A stretch of 64,000 nucleotides of DNA from an uncultured Bacteroidales bacterium (GCA_903911085.1 CAIWCC010000269.1:41149-105148); one strand, 5' to 3'; positions 54,514 to 64,000 are shown, numbered from the stretch's first letter. Notes: generated by a model not told the origin, from the sequence alone. Numbers and translations are program-made.

Positions 54514-56187
54514 ATGAAAACAACTACCCAATACTTCAATCTCAAATTTGCAGTCATTATTGCATTTATAATTGTTATTGCAAATGGATTACAAGCTACT
54601 ACTTTGTTCGAAAATTTTGATAGTCCATCTGCGGCTTCTACAAATAATACTGCAAAAGACATTACCTATCCTTCAGGTGTGTGGAATGTGTGTGCAATTA
54701 CTAAACCTACAACAGCAACAGAAAATGACAGAATAAATGGAATATATTCCATGCGAATGAGAGGATTGACGGGTCAAAATTTTATGTTTATGAAATTTGA
54801 TAAAGCAGGTGCAGGCATACTTTCGTTCAATTATGGTTCGTATAGCAATTACAGTAATGGTGAATTTACAATTCAGCAATCGACTGATGGGGGCGCAAAT
54901 TGGGTTAATGTTGGCACTCCAGTGACTGTTCCAAAATGGAGCGGAACTTTTTTAAGCTATTCATTGCCAATAAATTACAATGGAAATATTCGTTTTAAAA
55001 TTGTAGTTACTTGTCGTGCTGTCAATAACCCAAACGAACAGTTTAATATTGACGATTTTCAGATCACAGATTTTGGATCTGAGCAAACCGCCATTCCAGT
55101 TTCGTCCGTTGCTACAGGTGTTTACGAAACTCCACAAACGGTTACAATTACTTCAGCAACATCGGGTGCAACTATTTATTACACAACCGATGGAACGGCA
55201 CCTACTACTTCGTCAATGATATATTCAACTCCACTGAATGTAACAACTACTACAAAAATCAGAGCTATTGCAGTGGCAACCGGAAAAGTGGATAGTCGCG
55301 AAGAAGTCGTGCTTATTAGTTTTCCTATATCAATTAGTACTTTAGCTGAGTTTACTGCTAAATTGGCCACAACTGGAACAAATATAACTTATTTTAAATA
55401 TACTGGCGAAGCAGTTATTTCCTACTATTACACTACTTCTTCAGTAGCTGGTTATGGCACAACCATCACAAAATACGCTTTCTTGCAAGACAATACAGCC
55501 GGAGTTTCATTAAAGGACAATAATAAAGTTCTTACTAAAAATTATGCTACTGGTGATAAAATTACGGGAATTATTCTACAAGTATATAATATAAATAATA
55601 CAGTTCAAATATATCCATACGCAGATTTTACAATAGTTTCATCAAATAACATTCTAACACCTGTAGTTTCTACAATTGCAAGTATTGCCTCTAAACCATA
55701 TCAATTAGTACAGTTAAATAATGTTTTGTTTGATGGTGCAGATGGAACGAAAACTTTTGGGGTAAACAATTCAATATTTCTGAAAGAGGGTTCTAATACA
55801 GTTAGTACATTTCCACTAAGAATTCCTTCATTATTGACAATTGCACCAGATTTTCAAGGAACAATTATTCCAACAACTACAAAAAATATAGTGGGAATAG
55901 TGTCTAAATCAGAAACTAGTTTTACTGATTATTCATTATTTGTTCGAAATGCTGCAGAACTAGACCTTCAAGTATCCAGAATACAAACTTTGAGACTAAA
56001 TAATCTTTTCGTTTCAAACAATAAAGTATATTTTGAAACTTCGTCTGTTGAAAAAGTAATTGTTTATTCTATTAATGGACAGCTTGTTAAGAGCGTTAAG
56101 TCTTCGATAGGAATGAATTCTATAGAATTGAAAAATGGTGTTTATTTATTCCGCATTGGAGATAGAATTGTTAAAGTTATTTTGTAG
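54514..56187 (+). CDS. T9SS cargo protein: choice-of-anchor-J/MAM-like domain + chitobiase/hexosaminidase-C-like (FN3-associated) domain + DUF5689/OB-like region + T9SS C-terminal domain
   Basis: The ORF track start at 54490 is TTG; ATG 54514 gives the signal peptide MKTTTQYFNLKFAVIIAFIIVIANGLQA. LFENFDS...FNIDDFQITDFG is beta-sandwich-like. GVYETPQTVTITSATSGATIYYTTDGTAPTTSS is the CHB_HEX_C-like signature. YAFLQDNTAGVSL resembles the OB-like domains seen in ExeM/NucH-type proteins (from memory). C-terminus IVYSINGQLVKSV...GVYLFRIGDRIVKVIL. Confidence 0.6.
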   Translation: MKTTTQYFNLKFAVIIAFIIVIANGLQATTLFENFDSPSAASTNNTAKDITYPSGVWNVCAITKPTTATENDRINGIYSMRMRGLTGQNFMFMKFDKAGAGILSFNYGSYSNYSNGEFTIQQSTDGGANWVNVGTPVTVPKWSGTFLSYSLPINYNGNIRFKIVVTCRAVNNPNEQFNIDDFQITDFGSEQTAIPVSSVATGVYETPQTVTITSATSGATIYYTTDGTAPTTSSMIYSTPLNVTTTTKIRAIAVATGKVDSREEVVLISFPISISTLAEFTAKLATTGTNITYFKYTGEAVISYYYTTSSVAGYGTTITKYAFLQDNTAGVSLKDNNKVLTKNYATGDKITGIILQVYNINNTVQIYPYADFTIVSSNNILTPVVSTIASIASKPYQLVQLNNVLFDGADGTKTFGVNNSIFLKEGSNTVSTFPLRIPSLLTIAPDFQGTIIPTTTKNIVGIVSKSETSFTDYSLFVRNAAELDLQVSRIQTLRLNNLFVSNNKVYFETSSVEKVIVYSINGQLVKSVKSSIGMNSIELKNGVYLFRIGDRIVKVIL

Positions 56188-56269
56188 TATTTAGTATGTT
56201 TTTTGTTTGTAGACGAATAAATTTGTCAATAAATAGCTGTGCTTTTGTTTTATCAAAAAAAAGGATATT

Positions 56270-59065
56270 GTGTATTTCAAACATTTCATTCATTTTTCAG
56301 TAATAATCTTGTTGCTTATCTTTACTACAGAAGCTACGAGTCAGAATACCACGACTAAACGCGATGTCTACAGTGTGAGTATTTCAGTTTTGGATAGTTT
56401 AACGGGCGAAAAAATAGTTGGTGCGCCATGTCAGATTAAAAGTCAAGGAGTATTTGCAGTAACCGATGGTAATGGTTTGGCTGTATTTAAGAATCTGCGC
56501 AAAGGAGAAACTTTGATTGATATTTCGTACCTTGGTTACGAATCTGTTTCAAGAATGATAAATGTAAAAGCGGATTTGATTTTAAAAATCAAAATTGTAG
56601 CTACATCATTACAACTCAAAGAAGTGAGTGTGGTGGCAAAAAGTAGTGCTGCAGGTTCTTCTACCTCGTCCCTAATTAGTAGGCAAGCTATTGAACACTT
56701 GCAAGCCACCAACTTAGGCGATTTGATGCAATTGCTGCCAGGAGCTACTATGCAAACACCCGACCTCACCGTAGCAAGCAGTTTACAAATTAGAAATGCT
56801 TCGAATGCCGGTTTCGACAAAAATAATTCATTTGGTGCTTCAATTATTGTAGATGGTGTGCCTGTTTCGAACAATGCAAATATTGATTCAAAGTTGGGTG
56901 GAAATAATAATACTGCTGGTCAGGGTATCGACTTGCGACAAATTTCGGCAGACAATATAGAGTCGGTTGAGGTTATAAGAGGAATACCATCGGCCGAATA
57001 TGGCGATTTAACTTCGGGAGCAGTAATTGTAAAATCTAAATCGGGTAAAACTCCTTATGAAATTCGCACCAAAGTAAATCCAACTACCATTAACACTTCG
57101 TTTGGGAAAGGTTTTTCGTTTGGTGAAAAATCAGGTTTTTTAAATACAAATTTTGATTATGTACAAGCTTGGGGTGACCCTCGAAAAAAAACGGAATCGT
57201 TCGATCGGTATTCAGTTTCGCTTAATTACAGCAATACTTTTTTTAAAAAATGGAAAACAAACACCAAATTTAATTATAGTGGTTTAATTGATTGGACTGG
57301 ACAGGACGCAGATGCTTTATTAGAAGGTACTGAGGATAAGCAAACAAATAACAATTTCAAAATCAGTCACGATGGGAAAATTGCACTTAATTTACCTTGG
57401 ATGCGTACACTTTCTTATGTAATTGGCTATTCTACACAAATAAGTGAATCGCATAAAATAGCGAAAATTGCTGCAGATGGTTTCAAGCCCATTATTTCAT
57501 CGCTCGAAACAGGTTATTTTGAAGTGCCATATAAAACTGTATCTTACTATGGAAGTGGAGGCGTTAAAAGTAATCCTCAGGACTTGTTTTTCAAAGTTTC
57601 GAACAGTTTTGGATTCAAATTACTTGATACGTGGACAAATCAAATTGGAATGGGAGTAGAATACCGTTATGAACAAAATAAAGCGCAGGGCTACTACAAC
57701 GATGATTCATTATTGCCTTTAAAAACAAACGAAGATGGACGCCCTCGACCTTACTATGATATACCGCCCATTAATCAGTTTTCTGCTTATCTAGAAGATA
57801 AAATGACATGGAAAATGCTTGGAATGAAAACAAATTTGAGTGCCGGATTGAGATTTAATATGTTACAACCTGGTAAAGAGGAACAAGTTTCGGCATTATC
57901 GCCACGTATTAACGCATCTGTTGAATTATCAAAAAATATATATCTTAGATTAGGATATGGAAAAAATGCCAAAACTCCTGGTTTGACTCATTTATATCCC
58001 GAAAAAAAATACATCGATAGAATTGCTGCCAATACTGCATATCAGCCAAATATTGCGGAACGAATGGTATTGTATAATACTATGGTGTACGATGTACAAC
58101 GTAGCATTGGACTAAAAAATGCTATTAACACAAAATATGAGATAGGGTTTGATATAAAATTACCTCAAGATCGTAGCATCAATATTGTGGCTTTTCAAGA
58201 TATTACTCCCAACGGCTTTGGATCAAATTCTGAATACTTCACCTATCTGGCTGATTATTATGCAATTGACAATGGCTTAAAATACATTGCAAATGATAAA
58301 CCGGTTCTTGATCCATCCACCTCACCCACCAGAGTTGATACTGTTTATGCTACTAAAGGTTTGTTTGGAAATACCGAGTGGTCGCGAAATAGGGGAATTG
58401 AATTAGAAATTAATTTAGGACGGTCTTATTTCTTGAATACATCATTCTATTTTAGTACTGCTTACTCCGAAACAAGTTCGAAATCGGTTGGAACAGAATA
58501 TTCTAACCCTAAAAGAGAATCATCGATAAAATGGAAAAACTATTTTTATGATAGCAATACTCCACCTTTTAAATACATATATAATAGTGGAACTCAAGTT
58601 AATTATTATAGCAGTTTAAACTCTACTTTTAGAGCTGTAACAAATATACCTGCTCTAAAGATGGTAATGTCTAATACCGTTTTTGTAAGTTTTTCAACTG
58701 CTACTTGGGAATCTAATGATTTGAAAGTACCTATAGGATATATTGTTGCTAATCAAACAGGTGGATTTGATAGTTATCAGATTACCCAAGAAATGTTAGA
58801 CAATAAAGAAACAAAAATAAAAGAACATCCTTTGTCTGAAGGTATTATTAACAATGCAGACAAAATACCTACCAGATCTGATGTACCAATTTGGAATATA
58901 TCGACCCGATTGACGAAGGAAATTTCGAAAGTGGCCGGATTTTCGTTTTTTGTAAATAACACTTTGTTCTATGAACCTTGGCTGCATTCTTCAACATCTA
59001 CAACTTTAACACAACGAAACACTGGAACTTTTAGCTTTGGGATGGAGTTATTCTTGAAATTATAA
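56270..59065 (+). CDS. TonB-dependent receptor (not SusC/SusD-paired)
   Basis: GTG start. Signal MYFKHFIHFSVIILLLIFTTEATSQ. Carboxypeptidase-regulatory-like VSISVLDSLTGEKIVGAPCQI...LIDISYLGYES. Plug segments LGDLMQLLPG and IESVEVIRGIPSAEYGDLTSGAVIVKSKSG. Long barrel region. Confidence 0.8.
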   Translation: MYFKHFIHFSVIILLLIFTTEATSQNTTTKRDVYSVSISVLDSLTGEKIVGAPCQIKSQGVFAVTDGNGLAVFKNLRKGETLIDISYLGYESVSRMINVKADLILKIKIVATSLQLKEVSVVAKSSAAGSSTSSLISRQAIEHLQATNLGDLMQLLPGATMQTPDLTVASSLQIRNASNAGFDKNNSFGASIIVDGVPVSNNANIDSKLGGNNNTAGQGIDLRQISADNIESVEVIRGIPSAEYGDLTSGAVIVKSKSGKTPYEIRTKVNPTTINTSFGKGFSFGEKSGFLNTNFDYVQAWGDPRKKTESFDRYSVSLNYSNTFFKKWKTNTKFNYSGLIDWTGQDADALLEGTEDKQTNNNFKISHDGKIALNLPWMRTLSYVIGYSTQISESHKIAKIAADGFKPIISSLETGYFEVPYKTVSYYGSGGVKSNPQDLFFKVSNSFGFKLLDTWTNQIGMGVEYRYEQNKAQGYYNDDSLLPLKTNEDGRPRPYYDIPPINQFSAYLEDKMTWKMLGMKTNLSAGLRFNMLQPGKEEQVSALSPRINASVELSKNIYLRLGYGKNAKTPGLTHLYPEKKYIDRIAANTAYQPNIAERMVLYNTMVYDVQRSIGLKNAINTKYEIGFDIKLPQDRSINIVAFQDITPNGFGSNSEYFTYLADYYAIDNGLKYIANDKPVLDPSTSPTRVDTVYATKGLFGNTEWSRNRGIELEINLGRSYFLNTSFYFSTAYSETSSKSVGTEYSNPKRESSIKWKNYFYDSNTPPFKYIYNSGTQVNYYSSLNSTFRAVTNIPALKMVMSNTVFVSFSTATWESNDLKVPIGYIVANQTGGFDSYQITQEMLDNKETKIKEHPLSEGIINNADKIPTRSDVPIWNISTRLTKEISKVAGFSFFVNNTLFYEPWLHSSTSTTLTQRNTGTFSFGMELFLKL

Positions 59066-59101
59066 GTTTTAATATTGTACTTTTTTTTAAGATAAAATGA
59101 A

Positions 59102-60334
59102 ATGAAAAAAAATAGTTATTTACTTCATCTTACTGTTATTGTCTGTTTCTTTGAGATGATAACGAGTTGTGTGGATAGCCAGAAACTTCCACTTGTATCG
59201 GCATATACAGTTCAGGTTACTATGCCAGACGAAATGAAAGATAGTTATTTGTATGTAAATCATATTGTTACATTGAGAAGTCAGCGGATTACTTATACAT
59301 CATACACCAATGAAAATGGTGTTGCCAAATTCGAAAATATTATTCCGGATATTTATGATGTTTACACATCATGGGATATTACAGGTGAAGAATATGTGAA
59401 CATGAGTGATTCTCTCGTAGAAAACAAACCGGCACTTATTTCAGCAATTATGCCGTTAAATAATATATTTTCAGACAGTACTATTAATCTTAAAACATTG
59501 TTAACTCTAAAGCAAAGTTTGCTAATAAGTAAAGTGTACGCTTCAGGTACCCGCGATTTGAATAACGCTGCTTATACTGTTGATGGTTATGTTGAAATAT
59601 TCAACAACTCCGACGAAACTCAATACATTGATGGTATTTATTTGGCGCTTGTAGAAGGAGATTCTCCCATAGCTTTTGCTGCTAAGGATAATCCGACAAA
59701 TATTCATGCACGCCAGGTTTTTCAATTTCCAGGCAATGGTAAAGATTATCCTATATTGCCAGGTAAGAGCATTGTGGCTTGTAATAGTGCAATTGACCAT
59801 ACAGCCAATGCTACAAATACTGTAAATCTGCAACAAGCTGATTTTGAATTTAAAACAATAGCATCTAAACCAACTAACAACCCCGCAATAACCGCAATGA
59901 CTTTGATTCAAACAAGTTATGTTGGATTAAATAATTTGAATTTACAAAGAAGTTCGGTTAATGGCATTTGTTTATTTAAAACAACCGATAATGTGGGTAC
60001 ATATACTTTGGATTATCCTCCAGGAAAAACATCGGGTAACAAATTTTTACGAATACCCGCAAAATATGTGTTCGATGGTGTTGAAATTCTTGCTTATCGA
60101 AGCACAGGTGTTGATCCAAATTCAAAACGATTTCAGAATTTTATTGATGCAGGTTACAAAACAATCTCCTCTACATCTGGTTATACGCATGAAAGTATTG
60201 AACGTAAGGTAGATACCAAAAGGTCTAACATTGTTAGAGTATATTTAATTGACACTAATAATAGTCAGAATGATATGGTAACAATAACTGACCCAACACA
60301 AAAGAAATACGATAAAACTTTATTATTGCAGTAA
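59102..60334 (+). CDS. DUF4876-like surface lipoprotein with lamin-tail-domain (LTD)-like segment
   Basis: Lipoprotein signal (FFEMITSCVDS). N-terminal Ig/CarboxypepD-like segment (VNHIVTLRS...TNENGVAKFENIIPDIYDVY). LLISKVYASG...DGYVEIFNNSDETQYIDGIYLAL fits the LTD pattern (INE-like...E-F/Y-hydrophobic-E-L/I-x-N...hydrophobic-D-L/I-x-G). The DUF number is from memory. Confidence 0.5.
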   Translation: MKKNSYLLHLTVIVCFFEMITSCVDSQKLPLVSAYTVQVTMPDEMKDSYLYVNHIVTLRSQRITYTSYTNENGVAKFENIIPDIYDVYTSWDITGEEYVNMSDSLVENKPALISAIMPLNNIFSDSTINLKTLLTLKQSLLISKVYASGTRDLNNAAYTVDGYVEIFNNSDETQYIDGIYLALVEGDSPIAFAAKDNPTNIHARQVFQFPGNGKDYPILPGKSIVACNSAIDHTANATNTVNLQQADFEFKTIASKPTNNPAITAMTLIQTSYVGLNNLNLQRSSVNGICLFKTTDNVGTYTLDYPPGKTSGNKFLRIPAKYVFDGVEILAYRSTGVDPNSKRFQNFIDAGYKTISSTSGYTHESIERKVDTKRSNIVRVYLIDTNNSQNDMVTITDPTQKKYDKTLLLQ

Positions 60335-60376
60335 AAATGCAGAAAACTGCTTGGCGTATTAAACAAAATAAGAATT

Positions 60377-61978
60377 ATGCAAAGATATTTTAACACACTG
60401 TTCTTTTTAATTTTATACATACCACTTACGGCACAAATTGGTTACAATTCTGAGCAACTAGAACTACATAAACTCACAAACAATTGGTTAAATACCGACA
60501 ATGCTGCTGGTTTAGGTTTTATTAATTTTCATCAACATGGAAATTCAGAATTGGGCTACAGCAACGAAAGTGGTAATTTGCATCGAGCTCAGGAAGGTGA
60601 TGGAAAAAATGGAATTCGTTTTTTCTCTGAACGATTTGATAAAATTGATAAAAACTGGATGTCGTGGGGAAGTTTCGAATTTAGAATGAATACTGAAGAA
60701 AACCGTACATGGTCAAATGCATTTCATACCTATAACAATTCGCCTTATCTTTTTGGAGATAGTATTCCTGGACGATATGATCAACAGACTTTTGACCTTC
60801 GAGCAAAGATTTGTCGAAAAATAAATGAAAAATGGAGTTTTGGGGTAAATTTTGATTATTATGCAGGCGATATGTCGCGACTTCGCGACGGCCGTACACG
60901 TACTTTTATTGCTGATTATGCCATTGCTCCCGGAACAGTATTTAAGATTAATGGCTCAAATATCTTTGGCACTACACTGGGATTTCGTTTTGAAAAGGAA
61001 AAAATGCCGTCGGTAATAACTGTTCAAGCCAATCCTGAAATTAACTATTTCTTTTTTCTAGGCAATGAAAATGCTAATGCGGTGAAGAATGCTTATTTAG
61101 GTTTCGACAGACAGTTTGTAAGCAGAGAATTATTTGCAGAACTACAATATAATTTTGTAAATAAACAACTTGATTGGTTTACAACTTTAGGATTTACATC
61201 CCGCCAACAACAGGTGCTTGGCGGTGAACGAGAAAGTCCTGGAGAATTTCAGTCCCAAAACGTGCGTTTTAACTCTAAAGCAAATGTGTTTTTAAATAAA
61301 AAATTACTTATAATTGATTTAAAATCAAATTATCAATTTGGTACGGCTAACGAATTTCTGCAAGAGCTTGTAATAACCAGAGACACTATTAATCACGATG
61401 TTTCAAAAAGATGGAACACCCTTTATATCTATAAAAATAGATATTCATCAAATTCTTACAATGCACGTTTAAATATAAGTTTGCGTAATCTGCTTAATGA
61501 CGGTAAAGATTATTCATGGATGGCAGCTATTGATGGAACATTTTATGGATTCAGCAACAGTTACCAGTTGCCCTATTCGGTTTTCGAATCGCAACGTTTG
61601 CGTTTTGGTACAAATGCTGGAGTACGTGTTTTGAATAAAAAGGGACATCGAATAAGTCTCACTGCAAAAGGTGGATTTGGTTTTGGATTGAACAATAAAC
61701 TGGAATTAAACAGTATTGCAAATGCCACTCCAAACTTAGGTTCGAGTACCTTTGAAAAAGCAACTTTCAAAATTGCGAATGAAATTATGAAGCCTGATTT
61801 AGAATTTTATAAGCAAAATGTAATTGACTATGGTGTTGATGCGCTTTATAGTTTTCCACTTAAGTCAAAAAAAAGCAATTTTGTTGGACAAACTAAAGTG
61901 TTTTATAACAATCAGATTAGTGGAACTTTAGGCTCATGGCGCATGTTCGGCTTCTCGCTTGGACTTATTACCTTGTAA
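60377..61978 (+). CDS. DUF6850-like outer-membrane beta-barrel protein
   Basis: Signal MQRYFNTLFFLILYIPLTAQ. 533 aa with alternating hydrophobic beta-strand pattern and many aromatic-girdle residues. It follows the DUF4876-like gene, as I recall for this family. The family name is from memory. Confidence 0.45.
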   Translation: MQRYFNTLFFLILYIPLTAQIGYNSEQLELHKLTNNWLNTDNAAGLGFINFHQHGNSELGYSNESGNLHRAQEGDGKNGIRFFSERFDKIDKNWMSWGSFEFRMNTEENRTWSNAFHTYNNSPYLFGDSIPGRYDQQTFDLRAKICRKINEKWSFGVNFDYYAGDMSRLRDGRTRTFIADYAIAPGTVFKINGSNIFGTTLGFRFEKEKMPSVITVQANPEINYFFFLGNENANAVKNAYLGFDRQFVSRELFAELQYNFVNKQLDWFTTLGFTSRQQQVLGGERESPGEFQSQNVRFNSKANVFLNKKLLIIDLKSNYQFGTANEFLQELVITRDTINHDVSKRWNTLYIYKNRYSSNSYNARLNISLRNLLNDGKDYSWMAAIDGTFYGFSNSYQLPYSVFESQRLRFGTNAGVRVLNKKGHRISLTAKGGFGFGLNNKLELNSIANATPNLGSSTFEKATFKIANEIMKPDLEFYKQNVIDYGVDALYSFPLKSKKSNFVGQTKVFYNNQISGTLGSWRMFGFSLGLITL

Positions 61979-62020
61979 TGATATTAACATACAATTTATT
62001 CTTCAAAATTAATACAAATA

Positions 62021-64000
62021 ATGACAAATAAAACATTTATTATCTGCGCATTAGTTGCGTTTACTACATTTGCCACCGCACAACGAAAGAAGATTGATGC
62101 TGGTGAAAATCAAGATAAAGTAACCAGTCAAACCGATAGTGCTCAAACCCCAAAAACCAAAGATTTCTCGAAAATAACTGCGGGAGCAAAACTTAGTTCA
62201 GGACTTTTCAATATTTACAAAACAAAAACGGGAACTTACTACTTTGAAATTCCGGATTCGTTGTTGGGTCGACCAATGTTGATTGCCGCCAGAGTGGTGA
62301 ATATCAGTGATAATAACAAAATATCCGCTGGTCAGATGCGGAGCAATCCCATACTAATATCATTTTCGAGGCGCGATAAGTTTTTGTTTATGCATCAGCC
62401 TACTGGTACTTCATACGCCAATGCCAACGATCCGATAGCGACATCACTTGCTCGAAATAATATGATGCCTATAGTTATGTCGTTCGATATCACAAGCCGC
62501 AACGCTACAAATGATGCTTCGTTGATAGATGTTACCAAGCTATTTTCGGCTGAAGTGGATTTGGTTTTTCCTGCGGGAATTGGCAATACGGGCCGATTGG
62601 ACACTAAAGCAAGTCAAATAATCGATATGAAATCGTTTCCTCAAAACGTCGAAATTAAATCGTTTTATAATTATTCGGGTGGGAGAGAGCCATTTTGTAC
62701 AACCATCAATTATTCCTTTGTGTTGTTACCAAAAACTCCAATGAAAACTCGTTTTGCCGACGATAGAATTGGTTATAGTTCCGAAAATAAACGTAAATAT
62801 GAATCAGAAAAGCCAGTTGTTAATCAAAAGATAATTGATCGTTGGCGCATTGAACCTCGTCCTGTAGATATTGCAAAATTTAGAAAAGGAGAATTGGTAG
62901 TGCCTCAAAAACAGATTGTTATATATGTTGATACCGTAATGCCCGAAGTGTGGCGCAAATATGTTCGTCAAGGTATCGAAGACTGGAATATTGCATTCAA
63001 AGAAATTGGTTTTAAGCAAGTTATCATTGCAAAAGATTATCCACGCGACCCAAATTTCGATTCGGAGGATATTCGTAATACTTGTTTTAGATACATAACT
63101 TCTACCGATGCAAATGCCTCTGGACCACAGTGGATTGACCCACGAAGTGGTGAAATTATTCAGGGCGATATACTTTGGTGGCATAATGTGATAGATTTGT
63201 TGCAGACTTGGAAGTTTGTGCAAACCGCAGCAGTAGACCCCGAAGCACGAAAAAAAGTGTTAGACGAAAAAATTATGGGAGAAACCATACGATATGCTGT
63301 TGCTCATGAAACTGGTCATGTATTTGGATTACAGCATAATATGCGAGGTTCGTATGCTTTGCCTACGGATTCATTGCGGTCGCCAGCGTTTACTAAAAAA
63401 TATGGTACCACTGCCAGTATAATGGATTATGCTCGTTTCAATTATGTGGCTCAGCCAGGTGATAAAGAAAAAGGCGTGAAACTTACTCCTCCGGTAATGG
63501 GACCTTATGATTTGTTTTCAATAAAATTTGGTTATTTGCCTATATATGAGGCCAAAACACCCGAAGAAGAACTTCCTGTGTTGAATAAATGGTTTTTAGA
63601 AAAAGGCAATAATCCATTGTTTTTATATGCGCCAGCTGTAATTTCGCCTGTGGCACCCGATCCATCTTCGCAAACCGAAGCATTGGGAAATGACATCATA
63701 AAATCAGGACAATATGGCATTGCTAATCTTAAAGTTATTACTAAAAATTTATTGAAATGGACTGTAAATGACGGTGATAACTATGATTTGCTCAATAAAC
63801 GATTTGATGGTATAAGCAAATTGTACACTCGGTTGGTTACTTTGCCAATTTCCTACCTTGGTGGAATATATACTTTTTCGGGCACTGTTGGTCAATTTCC
63901 AGCCAATTATCTTCCTGTCGAAAAATCGAAACAGCAAGAAACAATTCGATTTGTGGTAAGTGAAATTACTAACTGCGATTGGCTGATTCAACCAGACTTA
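62021..64000 (+). CDS. Secreted zinc-dependent metalloprotease (DUF5117/DUF5118/DUF4953-type), 3'-partial at window end
   Basis: Not in the ORF track because no stop is reached. ATG 62021 (MTNKTFIICALVAFTTFATAQ signal) is open for all 660 codons to position 64000. HExxH motif AVAHETGHVFGLQHNMRGS (nt 63305-63319 encode HETGH). TASIMDYARFNYVAQPGD is typical of this family. Confidence 0.8.
   Translation, partial: MTNKTFIICALVAFTTFATAQRKKIDAGENQDKVTSQTDSAQTPKTKDFSKITAGAKLSSGLFNIYKTKTGTYYFEIPDSLLGRPMLIAARVVNISDNNKISAGQMRSNPILISFSRRDKFLFMHQPTGTSYANANDPIATSLARNNMMPIVMSFDITSRNATNDASLIDVTKLFSAEVDLVFPAGIGNTGRLDTKASQIIDMKSFPQNVEIKSFYNYSGGREPFCTTINYSFVLLPKTPMKTRFADDRIGYSSENKRKYESEKPVVNQKIIDRWRIEPRPVDIAKFRKGELVVPQKQIVIYVDTVMPEVWRKYVRQGIEDWNIAFKEIGFKQVIIAKDYPRDPNFDSEDIRNTCFRYITSTDANASGPQWIDPRSGEIIQGDILWWHNVIDLLQTWKFVQTAAVDPEARKKVLDEKIMGETIRYAVAHETGHVFGLQHNMRGSYALPTDSLRSPAFTKKYGTTASIMDYARFNYVAQPGDKEKGVKLTPPVMGPYDLFSIKFGYLPIYEAKTPEEELPVLNKWFLEKGNNPLFLYAPAVISPVAPDPSSQTEALGNDIIKSGQYGIANLKVITKNLLKWTVNDGDNYDLLNKRFDGISKLYTRLVTLPISYLGGIYTFSGTVGQFPANYLPVEKSKQQETIRFVVSEITNCDWLIQPDL

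Overview
AT-rich Bacteroidota-type chromosomal segment: it has a SusC/SusD pair, lipoprotein signals, and six proteins ending in T9SS-type C-terminal sorting domains. All family calls below are by-eye motif recognition, with no database searches. No rRNA, tRNA or CRISPR array was recognised. Left to right: (1) 1-4668 is a visibly GC-richer block with a heparinase II/III-like gene, an unknown secreted protein and a truncated paralogue fragment. (2) 4669-5267 is a 600-bp convergent gap holding a dyad-symmetric field of CACTAAG/CTTAGTG heptamers. (3) 5268-28553 is a complete alpha-glucan (starch) utilization locus. Leftward it carries susC/susD/susE-like genes plus T9SS-sorted GH57 and GH13 enzymes. 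Rightward it carries a LacI-family regulator, a sugar MFS transporter, a GH65 phosphorylase, two more GH13 enzymes and an embedded DUF4153-like polytopic membrane protein. Two identical TGCAAACGTTTGCGA LacI-type operators are present. The rightward operon is interrupted by a four-helix-bundle (23S rRNA IVS-protein family) gene boxed in by inverted arrays of a 7-nt repeat, and a third array precedes GH65. (4) 28668-30111 holds a DMP19/DUF4375-like protein next to a PD-(D/E)XK Rpn-like nuclease/transposase-like gene. (5) Next come an M16 peptidase, an ECF sigma module, an MFS transporter, and LRR and beta-propeller surface proteins. (6) 38592-38849 is a ~260-bp multi-hairpin element bounded by inverted repeats. 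(7) Then a DnaQ-like exonuclease, dnaN, a 1299-aa M6 protease-FN3-3x beta-sandwich-esterase-T9SS fusion, a TonB-dependent barrel, and pyk-aroQ-SemiSWEET. (8) 50866-64000 is a same-strand cluster: two T9SS cargo proteins, a non-Sus TonB-dependent receptor, a DUF4876-like lipoprotein with an LTD-like segment, a DUF6850-like second barrel, and a DUF5117/DUF4953-type zinc metalloprotease whose 3' end lies outside the window. The best candidates for something undescribed are the heptamer-array-flanked four-helix-bundle cassette, the TonB receptor/DUF4876/DUF6850 module, and the multi-hairpin element.
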